From Anaeromyxobacteraceae bacterium (GTDB taxonomy: Bacteria; Myxococcota; Myxococcia; Myxococcales; Anaeromyxobacteraceae), in contig JASGHJ010000001.1 of assembly GCA_047602405.1 (NCBI GenBank), forward strand, positions 1,984,001-2,048,000: 64,000 nucleotides of DNA, in the 5' to 3' direction. Under the pieces are notes generated by a model, which was given only the letters and a program-made list of their open reading frames with translations, had not been told where the DNA came from and ran no database searches. Position 1 is the stretch's first letter. The number at the start of each line of letters is the position of its first letter. Below, piece after piece: positions 39,277-48,976 of the stretch. The translations under genes were made by a program, and so were the position numbers.

Positions 39277-39558
39277 TTACAGGAACTCGCAGAGGTAGGC
39301 GGCGGGCGCGGTGGCCTTCACGTCGAACCCGCTCTTCGCCGGCACCTCGAACGCGGTGCCCGCGGGGAACGCGCGGAAGGCCGCCTCGCCCGGGAGCTTC
39401 GCCCAGAGCTCGCCGGAGACGACGGTCATCCGCTCCGCCGCGTCGGTGCCGAAGTGGAACTCGCCGGCGTCGCAGACGCCGACGGTCGCGCGGCGGCCAT
39501 TCCGCTCGAAGCCGACGCTCTGGACCTTCCCCTCGAAGTACGTGTTGTGCTTCAGCAT
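39277..39558 (-). CDS. ppnP: Pyrimidine/purine nucleoside phosphorylase
   Basis: HNTYFEGKVQS, ATVGV, F.T.AAERMTVVSG, FEVPA, YLCEF. Confidence 0.92.
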   Translation of the reverse strand: MLKHNTYFEGKVQSVGFERNGRRATVGVCDAGEFHFGTDAAERMTVVSGELWAKLPGEAAFRAFPAGTAFEVPAKSGFDVKATAPAAYLCEFL

Positions 39559-39649
39559 GGCCCGACGTGACCACGCGCGCCGCGCGCGGTCAACCTGCGA
39601 CGGCGCATCCCTCGACGGCGAGCTGCGGGCGTGCTCCCCTCGCGGCACC

Positions 39650-40366
39650 ATGACCGCCCACGAGCTCCTCCTCATGGCCATCCCGGCGGTGGTCGCCCTC
39701 GCGGGCGGCGTGCTCGCCGCGCTCTGGCACCCCGGGCGGCAGGCCCGCAGCCTCATCCAGCACTTCGCGGCGGGGGTGGTGCTCGCGGCGCTCGCGGTGG
39801 AGCTGCTGCCCGAGATCGAGCGCGAGCACGCGCCCGCCCTCGTCCTCGCGGGCTCCTTCGCGGCGGGCGCGCTCTTCATGTTCGGGCTCAAGCTCGTGAC
39901 GGAGCGGCTCGAGCACCGCGCCGGCCCCGGGGGCGGGAGCGCCGGCCTGGTCACGGCGGTGTTCGTCGACGTCGCGATGGACGGGTTCATCATCGGCGCC
40001 GGCTTCGCGGCCGGGGGCGAGACCGGCCCGGTGCTCGCGATCGGCCTCTCCGTGGAGCTCCTGTTCCTCGGCCTCGCGCTCACCTCCGAGCGCCCCGGAG
40101 GGCTGCGCATCGTCGGGCTGTCGGCCGGGCTGGGCGTGACCGTGCTCGCCGCGGCCATCGCCGGGAAGCTCCTCCTCGCCGGCGCGTCCATCCACGTCAT
40201 CGCCGGCGCGCTCTCGTTCTCGGCCGCCGCGCTCCTCTACCTCGTCACCGAGGAGCTCCTCATGGAGGCCCACGAAGGCGACCACCCCGAGACGCCGGCC
40301 TCCACGCTCGTGCTCTTCGCGGGCTTCCTCGCGTTCTGGGCGGTGCAGCTCGCCGGCCGGGGCTGA
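39650..40366 (+). CDS. ZIP-family metal transporter-like protein
   Basis: QHFAAGVVLAA, ELLPE, DG..IG, ALLYLVTEELLMEAH. Confidence 0.85.
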   Translation: MTAHELLLMAIPAVVALAGGVLAALWHPGRQARSLIQHFAAGVVLAALAVELLPEIEREHAPALVLAGSFAAGALFMFGLKLVTERLEHRAGPGGGSAGLVTAVFVDVAMDGFIIGAGFAAGGETGPVLAIGLSVELLFLGLALTSERPGGLRIVGLSAGLGVTVLAAAIAGKLLLAGASIHVIAGALSFSAAALLYLVTEELLMEAHEGDHPETPASTLVLFAGFLAFWAVQLAGRG

Positions 40367-40402
40367 GACGGCCCGCGACCACCGCGGGTGGGGCGGCGTC
40401 GC

Positions 40403-41263
40403 TCACGCGCCCTCCCCGGCGGGGTGGAGCGGCGCGTAGACGCTCGGGATGATGGTGCGGACCTTCGCGGCCGCCTTGCCGGCCGACTCGGCGCCGCCGA
40501 GGAACAGGTAGCCGTCGGGCTCGAGCTTCCCGAGGAGGCGGTCGACGACCTTCGCCCGCACGTCCGGCTCGAAGTAGATGAGCACGTTCCGGCAGAAGAT
40601 GAGGTCGAACTGCGGGATGGGCCAGCCGCCGCGGATGAGGTTCACCCGGTCGAAGTGCACGAGCCGCCGGAGCGAGTCGCGCGCGACGAGCGCGCCGTCG
40701 GCGTCCTCGTCCCAGTGCAGGAGCAGCTTCTCCGGCGGGATCTGGGGCTTCTTGAGCGCCGGGTAGCGGCCCTCGCGGGCGCGGGCGAGCGCCTTCGAGG
40801 AGAAGTCGGTCGCGAGGATCGCCAGGTCCCAGCTCGCGCCGCCGGGCAGGCAGCCGGGCGGGAACGCCGCGAGGAGCGCCATCGCGAGCGACCACGCCTC
40901 CTCGCCGGTGGCGCACGCGGTGCTCCACAGCCGGGCCTTCGGCGGCCGGCGCCCCTGCGCGACCTCCGTGCGCCAGCGCGGGAAGACGTCGGACTCGAGG
41001 AGCGCCCACTGCTTCGGCTCCCGGAAGAACGAGGTCTCGTGCGTGGCGATGGCCTCGAGGAGCCGGGTGCGCTCGTCCACGTCGCGCTGGCAGAGGTCGA
41101 GGTAGTCGCGGTAGCTCGCGAGCCCGAGCTCGCGGACGCGGCGGTCGAGGCGCCCGGTGAGGAACGGCGCCTTCACCTGGGGGAGGAAGATCCCCGTCTC
41201 CCGCTCGATCAGCGCCTGGAAGAGCGTGAAGTCGAGGTCGGAGAGGGCCAGGGGTCCGCTCAT
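40403..41263 (-). CDS. cheR: CheR protein-glutamate methyltransferase (orphan)
   Basis: THETSFFRE, WSTACATGEE, ATD, FDLIFCRNVLIYF. Confidence 0.92.
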   Translation of the reverse strand: MSGPLALSDLDFTLFQALIERETGIFLPQVKAPFLTGRLDRRVRELGLASYRDYLDLCQRDVDERTRLLEAIATHETSFFREPKQWALLESDVFPRWRTEVAQGRRPPKARLWSTACATGEEAWSLAMALLAAFPPGCLPGGASWDLAILATDFSSKALARAREGRYPALKKPQIPPEKLLLHWDEDADGALVARDSLRRLVHFDRVNLIRGGWPIPQFDLIFCRNVLIYFEPDVRAKVVDRLLGKLEPDGYLFLGGAESAGKAAAKVRTIIPSVYAPLHPAGEGA

Positions 41264-41408
41264 TCGCGGCCGAGCGTACCAGCCGCGGGGGGCCCGCGGG
41301 GAGGACCACCGTCCGGCGCGCGGACCCTCTCGCGCGGGTGGCCCGGGCCGAACCCCGCGAAACCCCGGGGTCCGGGCGCTGGCCCGCTCCGTGCTCTCAC
41401 GGGCCCAC

Positions 41409-42032
41409 ATGCTCGCCCACCTCCTCGCCGGCGCCCTGCTGGGCGCCCAGCCGTCGGTCCCGCTCGCTCCGCCGCCACCGCCGCGCGCCGTTATGCCGGT
41501 GTCGCCCGCCCTGCAGCCTTCCGCGCCGGAGCCGGACCCGCCGCGCGCGGTCCAGCGGGCGCTCGCGCTCGCCGCCACGGGAGACCCGGACGTCACCCGG
41601 GTCCAGCTCGCGGCCGCCCGCCACGCGGCGACCGCGCCCGAGGGCCACAGCGCGCTCGAGGCGCTCCTGCCCCACCTCACCGCCGAGGTGCGCCACGCCG
41701 ACGCGTCGAACCGGGTGGTCGGGCTGCAGGGCTCGGGCGAGGTCGATTACCTCCGGCTGTCGCCGGCGCTCACGCTGACCGTGCGGGCCACCTGGGATCT
41801 CGGGAAGCTCGCGCCGCCCCCGCCGCCGGGGCTGCTCGAGGTGGCGCGGAGGCGAGAGGAGGCGGTCGCGAAGGCGACGAAGGTGTACTTCACGCGCCGC
41901 GCGCTCCGGGCGCGGCTGCTCCTCGAGCCGCCCGCGGATCCCGCCGCCCGGGCGGAGGCGGAGCTCGACGTGGACCGGATGACCGCGGAGCTGGATGCGC
42001 TGACCGGAGGGGCGTTCCGGTGGGTGCGGTGA
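41409..42032 (+). CDS. Hypothetical exported protein
   Basis: Signal-like N-terminus; VRATWDL and ELDALTGG motifs; overlaps the next gene (GTGA). Confidence 0.62.
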   Translation: MLAHLLAGALLGAQPSVPLAPPPPPRAVMPVSPALQPSAPEPDPPRAVQRALALAATGDPDVTRVQLAAARHAATAPEGHSALEALLPHLTAEVRHADASNRVVGLQGSGEVDYLRLSPALTLTVRATWDLGKLAPPPPPGLLEVARRREEAVAKATKVYFTRRALRARLLLEPPADPAARAEAELDVDRMTAELDALTGGAFRWVR

Positions 42033-42982
42033 GGGGCCCGCTGGGACCCGGCGCGGGCACGCGGACCGGGCTCCTCCTCGCGGCCGCGCTCGCCGCCTCC
42101 TGCGGGCCGTCGCCGCCCCCGCCTCACGTCCGCGTCGTCGCCATCTCGCCCTCCGGCGCGGGCGTCCCGGTCGACGCGGTCGTGGAGGTCCGGTTCACGG
42201 GGCCCGTCGAGCCCGGCGCGCTCGCGCGCATCGCGCTCGTGCAGGCCGGCGAGCTCGCCGCCGCGCGGGCGGCGGTCGAGGCCGACGCGGGGTCCTCCTC
42301 GCTCACCGCCGGCGTCGCGCTCGAGGCCGCGCTGGTCGACGGCGGGCGCCGCGCGGTCCTCACGCCGGCGGGACCCCTCCGCGGCCGGGTCACCTACGCC
42401 GTCGTGGTCGCCGCGCGCCTGCGCGACCCCGAAGGTCGTCCCGTGCTCGACGCGAGCGGGAAGACCCGGGCCAGCGTCACCGAGTTCACCACCGCGAGGA
42501 CCCCCGGCCCACCGCCGGTGCCCGTGCTCACCGAGGTGCGCGCCGACGCCGACTCCCCGGAGGCCGGGGGCGAGTACGCCGAGGTCGCGAACCTCGGCGA
42601 CGGGGTCCTCGACCTCCTCGGCTGGCGCCTCGCGAAGCGCACCGCGTCCGGCGCGACCTCGTCCTGCGTGCTCGCGCCCGGCCCGGACGAGCTCGTGCCT
42701 CCCTTCGGCGTCGTGCTGGTCGCCGGCGGCGCGTGGGACGACCGGTACCCGCTCCCCGCGAGCGTCCCCGTCCTCCGCTGCGGCGCCTCCGCGCTCCTCG
42801 GCGGCCTCTCGAACGAGGCTCCACCCGCGCTCGCCCTCATCGACCCGGACGGCGCGGTCGCGACCACCCTCGGCGCCGGCGGCCCCGCGCCGGTCTGCCC
42901 GGAGGCCATCGTGCGCCTGGACCCCTGGGCCCCGGACCTGCCGTGGAACGTGGACTGCGACTCCGGGTCGCCGGGGTGGTGA
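42029..42982 (+). CDS. Lipoprotein with Ig-like (Big_5) and lamin-tail domains
   Basis: LAASC lipobox; SP..GA.GVP.DA.V.V.F; LTEV..D....GEYAEVAN.G...DL.GW; C-terminal GSPG. Confidence 0.75.
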   Translation: MRGPLGPGAGTRTGLLLAAALAASCGPSPPPPHVRVVAISPSGAGVPVDAVVEVRFTGPVEPGALARIALVQAGELAAARAAVEADAGSSSLTAGVALEAALVDGGRRAVLTPAGPLRGRVTYAVVVAARLRDPEGRPVLDASGKTRASVTEFTTARTPGPPPVPVLTEVRADADSPEAGGEYAEVANLGDGVLDLLGWRLAKRTASGATSSCVLAPGPDELVPPFGVVLVAGGAWDDRYPLPASVPVLRCGASALLGGLSNEAPPALALIDPDGAVATTLGAGGPAPVCPEAIVRLDPWAPDLPWNVDCDSGSPGW

Positions 42983-43074
42983 GGGGGAGGGGTAAGGGAG
43001 AGGGGGTGCTCCGTTCACGCGGAGACGATCTCCGCATCCCATCCGGACCCTCGGTCCGGACAAGGCCGCTTCGA

Positions 43075-43764
43075 TCACGAATGCTCGACGATCCACTTCC
43101 CCAGGAGCTCGTCCTTGGGGATGAAGCCGTCGGCGCCGCACTCCTGCACGAGGCGCTCGACCTTCGCGCGGTCCTCGCCGGAGCAGAAGATCACCTTGAT
43201 CGACCGGAACATCTCGTTGCGCTTCACGAAGCGGCAGAACTGCGCACCGTCGACCTTCGGCATGTTCACGTCGAGGAGGATGAGCTCGGGGCGGGTCTGC
43301 CGGCGAAGGATGATCGTCGCGGCCTTCTCGGCGTCGGGCGCCCACTGCACGTCGAAGCCCTTCGCGGTGAGCTCGTCGGACAGGAGCCGCGCCACGACCT
43401 CCGAGTCGTCCACGATGAGCACGCGCCGCCGCTGGCCGATCGCCGCGACCAGCCGCTCGCCGATGTCCTCCTCGGGCGAGAGGGAGAGCACGCCGTCGAG
43501 CTCGAGCGCCTTCGCCTGCGCCCGGAGGTCCTCGTCGTCGCTGGTCCCGAGGAGCAGCGCACGTCCGGTGAAGCCGCGGTCGCGCAGGAGCCGCGAGGCC
43601 TTCTGGGCGAGGTTCGCGTCGACGAGCAGGGCGGACGCGACCGGGGCGCTGGCCGCGAGGGCGGCGGGCTCGCGCCCGGCATCGACCTCCACCCCGGAGG
43701 CGGTGAGGGCCAGGGCCGCGAGGTCGCGGACCAGATCGGAGTCGGTGCACACGATGACCTTCAT
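43075..43764 (-). CDS. frzZ: Dual receiver-domain response regulator, FrzZ-like
   Basis: Divergent from the frzA-like gene; degenerate first REC plus intact second REC (VDD, LDVNMP). Confidence 0.75.
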   Translation of the reverse strand: MKVIVCTDSDLVRDLAALALTASGVEVDAGREPAALAASAPVASALLVDANLAQKASRLLRDRGFTGRALLLGTSDDEDLRAQAKALELDGVLSLSPEEDIGERLVAAIGQRRRVLIVDDSEVVARLLSDELTAKGFDVQWAPDAEKAATIILRRQTRPELILLDVNMPKVDGAQFCRFVKRNEMFRSIKVIFCSGEDRAKVERLVQECGADGFIPKDELLGKWIVEHS

Positions 43765-43842
43765 CTCGATCGCTCACCCCGGAGATATCATGCAGCCGTC
43801 GGCTTGCTCCATGCGCGTGCCAGGGCTGATAATCGCGCCCCG

Positions 43843-44340
43843 ATGGCCGAGGCGCCCGTACCGAATCGCAAGGACCCGACCGCGGTCGACGCGTGGTTCT
43901 TCTGCATGCGTCTGCTGGGGGGCCGGTATGCGTTCGAGGCCCACCTCGTCACGGAGGTGGTGCGCCTCGGGCCGCTCACCCGCCTGCCCGCCGCCCCCTC
44001 CTTCCTGCCCGGCGTCTTCACGCACCGGGGCGAGGTACTGCCGGTCCTTGACGTGGGACAACTCGTCGGCCAGGCGTCGGTGACGCTGCGGCCCGCGACC
44101 CGCGCCGCGCTGGTCCAGTGCGGTCCCTGGAAGGTCGCGGTCGTCTCGGATGGGATCGAGGGGCTCGTCTCGATCCCGCGCAGGCTCCTGGAACCCGCCC
44201 CGGCCGAGTCGTCGGGGGTCGCCGAGTTCCTCTCGGGGGTCGGCCGCGACCGGCAGGGCTCGGTCGCCATCCTGGACCTCCCCAGGCTCGTCGAGGTCGC
44301 GCGCGCCCGCGCGGTCCCGGCCGGGGGCACCTCCGCGTGA
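43843..44340 (+). CDS. frzA: CheW-family coupling protein
   Basis: LTRLPAAPSFLPGVFTHRGEVLPVLD; first gene of a frz-type cluster. Confidence 0.85.
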   Translation: MAEAPVPNRKDPTAVDAWFFCMRLLGGRYAFEAHLVTEVVRLGPLTRLPAAPSFLPGVFTHRGEVLPVLDVGQLVGQASVTLRPATRAALVQCGPWKVAVVSDGIEGLVSIPRRLLEPAPAESSGVAEFLSGVGRDRQGSVAILDLPRLVEVARARAVPAGGTSA

Positions 44341-44723
44341 CCGGCCCGAGGGACCTCCTCCTGTTCCAGGTGGGCCTGCGGATCTTCGCGACCGCCGTGG
44401 AGGACGCCGTGCGCATCGGCTCGGTGCGGGACAGCCCGGCCGACTCGCTGGTGCTCGACTCGGCGCTCGGCCGGCCGTTCTCCCGCGAGCGCGGCATCAT
44501 CGTCGCGGGCGAGCAGGATCACGAGGAGCACACGCTCGTCATCGACGAGGTGCTCGGCGTGAGGCACGTCGGCGACCACGAGCTGAAGCCGCTCCCCGCC
44601 TTCGCCGAGGCCTGTCTCGGCCTGGGCGCCGTCCGCGGCTTCGTGCTCCTCGACGAGTCCCCGCTGCCCATCGTCGACCTCCCCACCGTGGTGCGCGAGC
44701 GCCTCGTCGCGGCCCACCCCTAG
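44337..44723 (+). CDS. frzB: Short CheW-like protein
   Basis: LLLFQVG..IFA, IDEVLGV, LKPLPAFA, PIVDLP; position between frzA and frzCD. Confidence 0.78.
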   Translation: MTGPRDLLLFQVGLRIFATAVEDAVRIGSVRDSPADSLVLDSALGRPFSRERGIIVAGEQDHEEHTLVIDEVLGVRHVGDHELKPLPAFAEACLGLGAVRGFVLLDESPLPIVDLPTVVRERLVAAHP

Positions 44724-44753
44724 TCTCGAAGAGACGCAGCTCGGAGAAAGACC

Positions 44754-45671
44754 ATGCAGAAGCCCACCACCGCGAAGAGGAAGGCCGCGCCCCCCCGCAC
44801 GAACGGCGCGAAGGGGACCGTGGCCGGCGAGTTCGTCCAGGAGATCCGCGAGGCGGCCCTCCAGCTCTCGTCCTCGTCGACCGAGGTGCTGGCCGCCGCC
44901 ACCCAGAACGAGTCCTCCACGGCGACCCAGGCCTCGGCCATCCACGAGACCACCGCGACCATGGAGGAGCTGAAGGGCGCCTCGCACCAGATCGCCGAGA
45001 ACGCCCAGATGGTCGCGTCGATCGCCGAGCAGACGCTGGCCGGCGCGAAGCAGGGCGAGGGCGCCATCAAGCTCTTCATGGGCTCGATGGAGAAGGTCCG
45101 GCACAACGCCGTCGAGGTCGACGACGCGATCGCCAAGCTCTCGAAGCGCGTCGAGCGCATCGGCACCGTGGTGGACGTGATCGACGAGATCGCCGACCGC
45201 TCCGACCTGCTCGCCCTCAACGCCGCGCTCGAGGGCGCGAAGGCGGGCGAGGCGGGCCGCGGGTTCTCGATCGTCGCCGCCGAGATGCGGCGCCTCGCCG
45301 AGAACGTCATGGAGTCGACCAAGGAGATCAAGAACCTCATCACCGAGATCCGGGAGGCGACCCACGCCGCGAAGGAGGCCTCCGACGGCAACAAGCGCGA
45401 GGCGGCCGAGGGCGAGAAGGTGGGCAACACCGCCATGCAGAGCGTCTCGGGGCTGCTCTCCGGCATCCAGGAGACGAGCGACGCCGCGCGCGTGATCCAC
45501 CTCGCGACCCAGCAGCAGCGCACCGCGACCGAGCAGGTCGTGCAGTCGATGTCGGAGATCGAGGAGGTCACCCGCCAGGCGCAGACCGGGTCGAAGCAGG
45601 CCACCGGCGCGGCGGCCGAGCTCACGAAGCTCGCCGAGCACCTCGCCGATCTCGTGCAGCGGTTCAAGTAG
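44754..45671 (+). CDS. frzCD: Cytoplasmic methyl-accepting chemotaxis protein
   Basis: AIHETTATMEELK, IDEIADRSDLLALNAALEG..AGEAG.GFSIVAAEMRRLAE; no TM segment; basic N-terminal tail. Confidence 0.9.
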   Translation: MQKPTTAKRKAAPPRTNGAKGTVAGEFVQEIREAALQLSSSSTEVLAAATQNESSTATQASAIHETTATMEELKGASHQIAENAQMVASIAEQTLAGAKQGEGAIKLFMGSMEKVRHNAVEVDDAIAKLSKRVERIGTVVDVIDEIADRSDLLALNAALEGAKAGEAGRGFSIVAAEMRRLAENVMESTKEIKNLITEIREATHAAKEASDGNKREAAEGEKVGNTAMQSVSGLLSGIQETSDAARVIHLATQQQRTATEQVVQSMSEIEEVTRQAQTGSKQATGAAAELTKLAEHLADLVQRFK

Positions 45672-45698
45672 CCGGCCGGACGGGGCCTGGGGGGAGAA

Positions 45699-47954
45699 GT
45701 GTCCGCGTCCGACGAGATCCGCCAGAAGCTCCTGCCGCGCTTCCGCGAGACCACCGCGGACCGGCTCGAGCGCATCTCGGCCCAGCTGCTCGCGCTCGAG
45801 CGGGGCACGGCCTCGGCGGACTCGCGCGAGGAGCTCGCCCGCGAGCTGCACACGCTGAAGGGCGAGGCGAACGCCATGGGGTTCCGCGGCATGGCGACCG
45901 TCGTGCACGCGGCGGAGGACCTGCTGCGCGGCCTCGGGCCGGACCAGCCCGCGCGGATCCAGGCGCTGCTCGAGGCCTGCGACGCGATCCCGCCGATGCT
46001 CGACGCGCCACCCGCGGGAGACGAGGCCGCGGCGAAGCTCGCGACCGCCCTGCGCGCGCTGCTCCCGCCGAAGCCGGCCGCCGCCCCGGCCGCGCCCGCT
46101 CCTTCCGCCGCCCCGGCGCCCGCCGGCACCCCGCCCGCCGCCACCCCGGCCGCGCCCGCCGCCACCCCGGCCGCGCCCGCCGCCACCCCCGCGGCACCGG
46201 CCCCCCCGAGGCCGCGCTCCGAGCCGCGGCTCGACGTCGCCGCCCGCACCACCTCCATCCGCGTCGACGTCGACCGCCTCGACGAGATTGCGGCCCTCGC
46301 CGGCGACGTCCTCGTCGAGGGCGAGCGGGCGCTGCGCCGCTCGCGCGAGCTCAACGCGCTCTTCGCCCGCTGGGCCCGGGTCTCCGATCGCGTGATGGCC
46401 GTCGCCGAGCGCGTCCGGGACCCGCGCACGGCCCGGCTCGTCGAGCAGCTCGAGGGCGACGTCCACCTCCTGCGCTCGGACACCTTCCGCTTCGTGCGCT
46501 CGCACACCGAGGCCTCCTCCTCGGCGCAGGCGCAGTTCTCGATCCTCGCCGACCACATCGGCTCGGCGCGGCTCATCCCGCTCTCCGGCGTCCTCGCCGC
46601 GTTCCCGCGCGCGGCGCGCGACATGGCCCGCGAGCAGGGGAAGGAGCTCGAGGTCGTCGTGCACGGCGGCGAGACCGGGGTCGACAAGGCGATCCTGCTC
46701 TCGCTGAACGACCCGCTCGTGCACCTCGTCCGCAACGCGGTCGACCACGGGGTCGAGACGCCCGAGGAGCGCGAGAAGGCCGGCAAGCCCCGCATGGCGC
46801 GCATCCAGCTCACCGCCGGCGCCGACGGCGACATGCTCGCCATCTCGGTCACCGACGACGGCCGCGGCATCGATCCCGCCCGCGTGCGGGCCGCGGCGGT
46901 CGCGAAGGGGCTCGTCACCGAGGTGCAGGCCGCGGGGCTCTCCGATCGCGCCGCGCTCGAGCTCGTGTTCACGCCCGGGTTCTCGACCCGCGACGAGCCC
47001 GGCGAGACGAGCGGCCGCGGCATCGGCCTCGACGTGGTGCGCAAGCGCGTCACCTCCTTCGGCGGCTCGGTCGCGATCGAGTCCGTGAAGTGGCAGGGCA
47101 CGACCTTCACGCTGCGGATGCCGCAGTCGCTGACCCTCATGAAGGCGCTCCTCGTGCGCATCGACGAGGACGTCTACGGGCTCCCGGCGGCCGACGTCGA
47201 GGCGGTGGGCCGCCTCGAGCCCCGCGAGATCCAGGAGGTGGCCGGCATCCGGGCGGTGCGCTGGCGCCAGCGGCTCCTGCCGGTGGTGGCGCTCGGGCCG
47301 CTCCTCTCGCTCAACGGCGGACCCCGCTCCGCGCGGCCGCACGTGGTCTACGTCTCCCACGGCCAGGACGCCGGGGCGGCGGTGGTGGTCGACGGGCTCT
47401 ACGGCGAGCGCGAGGTGGCGGTGAAGGCGCCCGGCGCGTTCCTGAAGGGCATGCGCTTCGTCACCGGCGCGGCCGCGCTCGAGGACGGGCGCGTGGCGCT
47501 CCTCCTCTCCGTGGCCGACCTCGTGGGCTCGGCGCGCCGGCTCGGGTTCCCGGCCGCGCCCCGTGGCCGCGAGCGGCGGCGCCTGCGGATCCTGCTCGTC
47601 GACGACAGCGTCATCGCCCGCGAGGCCGAGGCCGCGCTGCTCCGCTCGCTCGGCCACGAGGTGGACGAGGCGGCCGACGGCGAGGACGGCTGGCAGCGCC
47701 TGCTCTCCGGCAACCACCAGGTCCTCGTCACCGACGTGCAGATGCCGGTGCTCGACGGCATCGACCTGACCCGCCGCGTGAAGGCGACGCCGCGGTTCTC
47801 GAAGCTGCCGGTCGTGATCATCTCCTCCCTCTCGGCGCCGGAGGAGCGGCGCCGCGGCGTGGACGCCGGCGCCGACGCCTACGTCGTGAAGGGCGAGCTC
47901 GAGCCGGAGAAGCTCGCCGCGACGCTCGAGCGGCTCTGCGGGGTCGGCGGGTGA
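45699..47954 (+). CDS. frzE: CheA-CheY hybrid kinase
   Basis: ELHTLKG Hpt, HLVRNAVDHG, GFST, SGRGIGLDVV, CheW and C-terminal REC. Confidence 0.93.
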   Translation: MSASDEIRQKLLPRFRETTADRLERISAQLLALERGTASADSREELARELHTLKGEANAMGFRGMATVVHAAEDLLRGLGPDQPARIQALLEACDAIPPMLDAPPAGDEAAAKLATALRALLPPKPAAAPAAPAPSAAPAPAGTPPAATPAAPAATPAAPAATPAAPAPPRPRSEPRLDVAARTTSIRVDVDRLDEIAALAGDVLVEGERALRRSRELNALFARWARVSDRVMAVAERVRDPRTARLVEQLEGDVHLLRSDTFRFVRSHTEASSSAQAQFSILADHIGSARLIPLSGVLAAFPRAARDMAREQGKELEVVVHGGETGVDKAILLSLNDPLVHLVRNAVDHGVETPEEREKAGKPRMARIQLTAGADGDMLAISVTDDGRGIDPARVRAAAVAKGLVTEVQAAGLSDRAALELVFTPGFSTRDEPGETSGRGIGLDVVRKRVTSFGGSVAIESVKWQGTTFTLRMPQSLTLMKALLVRIDEDVYGLPAADVEAVGRLEPREIQEVAGIRAVRWRQRLLPVVALGPLLSLNGGPRSARPHVVYVSHGQDAGAAVVVDGLYGEREVAVKAPGAFLKGMRFVTGAAALEDGRVALLLSVADLVGSARRLGFPAAPRGRERRRLRILLVDDSVIAREAEAALLRSLGHEVDEAADGEDGWQRLLSGNHQVLVTDVQMPVLDGIDLTRRVKATPRFSKLPVVIISSLSAPEERRRGVDAGADAYVVKGELEPEKLAATLERLCGVGG
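46133..46189 (+). repeat. 21-bp tandem repeat (about 2.7 copies) encoding the PAATPAA linker of FrzE
   Basis: GCCCGCCGCCACCCCGGCCGC at 46133 and 46154, partial at 46175. Confidence 0.85.
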
Positions 47955-48976
47955 GCCCGCTCGCGGACGACCGGCCGGTCCGCGTGCTCATCGCGGACGA
48001 CTCGGAGCTCTTCCGCGAGATCCTGGCCGGGCTGGTGCGGGCCGAGCCGGGGCTGCAGGTGGTGGGGACCGTCCGGGACGGCGACGCCGCGGCCGAGGCG
48101 GTCGCGCGCGTGAAGCCCGACGTCATCACGATGGACCTCGTGATGCCGGAGGTCGACGGCTTCGCCGGCATCGCGCGGATCATGGCCGAGCACCCGACCC
48201 CGATCCTGGTGCTCTCCGCGGCGCGGGAGGAGTCGGTCGGCTTCCGGGCGCTCTCGCTCGGCGCGCTCGACATCCTCGAGAAGCCCGGCGCGCGCACCGA
48301 CCTCGACGAGTTCGGGAAGAAGCTCCGCTCCCGCCTGAAGCTCCTCGCGGGCGTGCGCGTCATCCGCCACCCGCGCGGCCTGCGCGGGCAGGGCACCGCC
48401 CCGCCGGCGCGCGCGCGCCGGGCCGAGCTCGTCGCGATCGGCGCCTCGCTCGGCGGACCGCGGGCGCTCGCCTCGATCCTCCGGGCCCTGCCCGCCGGCT
48501 TCCCCTCCGCGATCGCCGTCGTGCAGCACATCGCCGACGGCTTCACCGAGGGGCTCGCGGGCTGGCTCGCGAGCGAGGCCCGGCTGCAGGTGCGGGAGGC
48601 GCGCGAGGGCGACCCGATCCGCCCGGGCACGGTGTCCATCGCGCCCACCGGGAGCCACCTCGTCGTGGAGGAGGGCTGCTACCGGCTCTCCGACGCCGCG
48701 CCGGTCGACACCTTCAAGCCCTCGGTCACCCCGCTCCTCGCCACCGCCGCCCGCGCCTACGGCGACCGGGTGTGTGGCGTGCTGCTCACCGGCATGGGGC
48801 GCGACGGCGCCGCGGGCCTGAAGGCCATCCGCGACGCGGGCGGCACCACGCTCGCGCAGGACGAGGCGACGAGCACGGTGTTCGGCATGCCGCGCGCCGC
48901 GATCGAGCTCGACGCCGTCGACCGGGTGCTGCCGCTCGACGAGATCCCCCGCGTGCTCACGGAGCTCACCCGATGA
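47951..48976 (+). CDS. frzG: CheB methylesterase
   Basis: REC + IGASLGGP, VQHI, FKPSV, LLTGMGRDGA, FGMP. Confidence 0.92.
   Translation: MSPLADDRPVRVLIADDSELFREILAGLVRAEPGLQVVGTVRDGDAAAEAVARVKPDVITMDLVMPEVDGFAGIARIMAEHPTPILVLSAAREESVGFRALSLGALDILEKPGARTDLDEFGKKLRSRLKLLAGVRVIRHPRGLRGQGTAPPARARRAELVAIGASLGGPRALASILRALPAGFPSAIAVVQHIADGFTEGLAGWLASEARLQVREAREGDPIRPGTVSIAPTGSHLVVEEGCYRLSDAAPVDTFKPSVTPLLATAARAYGDRVCGVLLTGMGRDGAAGLKAIRDAGGTTLAQDEATSTVFGMPRAAIELDAVDRVLPLDEIPRVLTELTR

Noticed and set aside
46133..46189. 21-bp tandem repeat in frzE as a regulatory or mobile repeat
   Set aside because: In-frame Pro/Ala linker expansion typical of CheA Hpt linkers.
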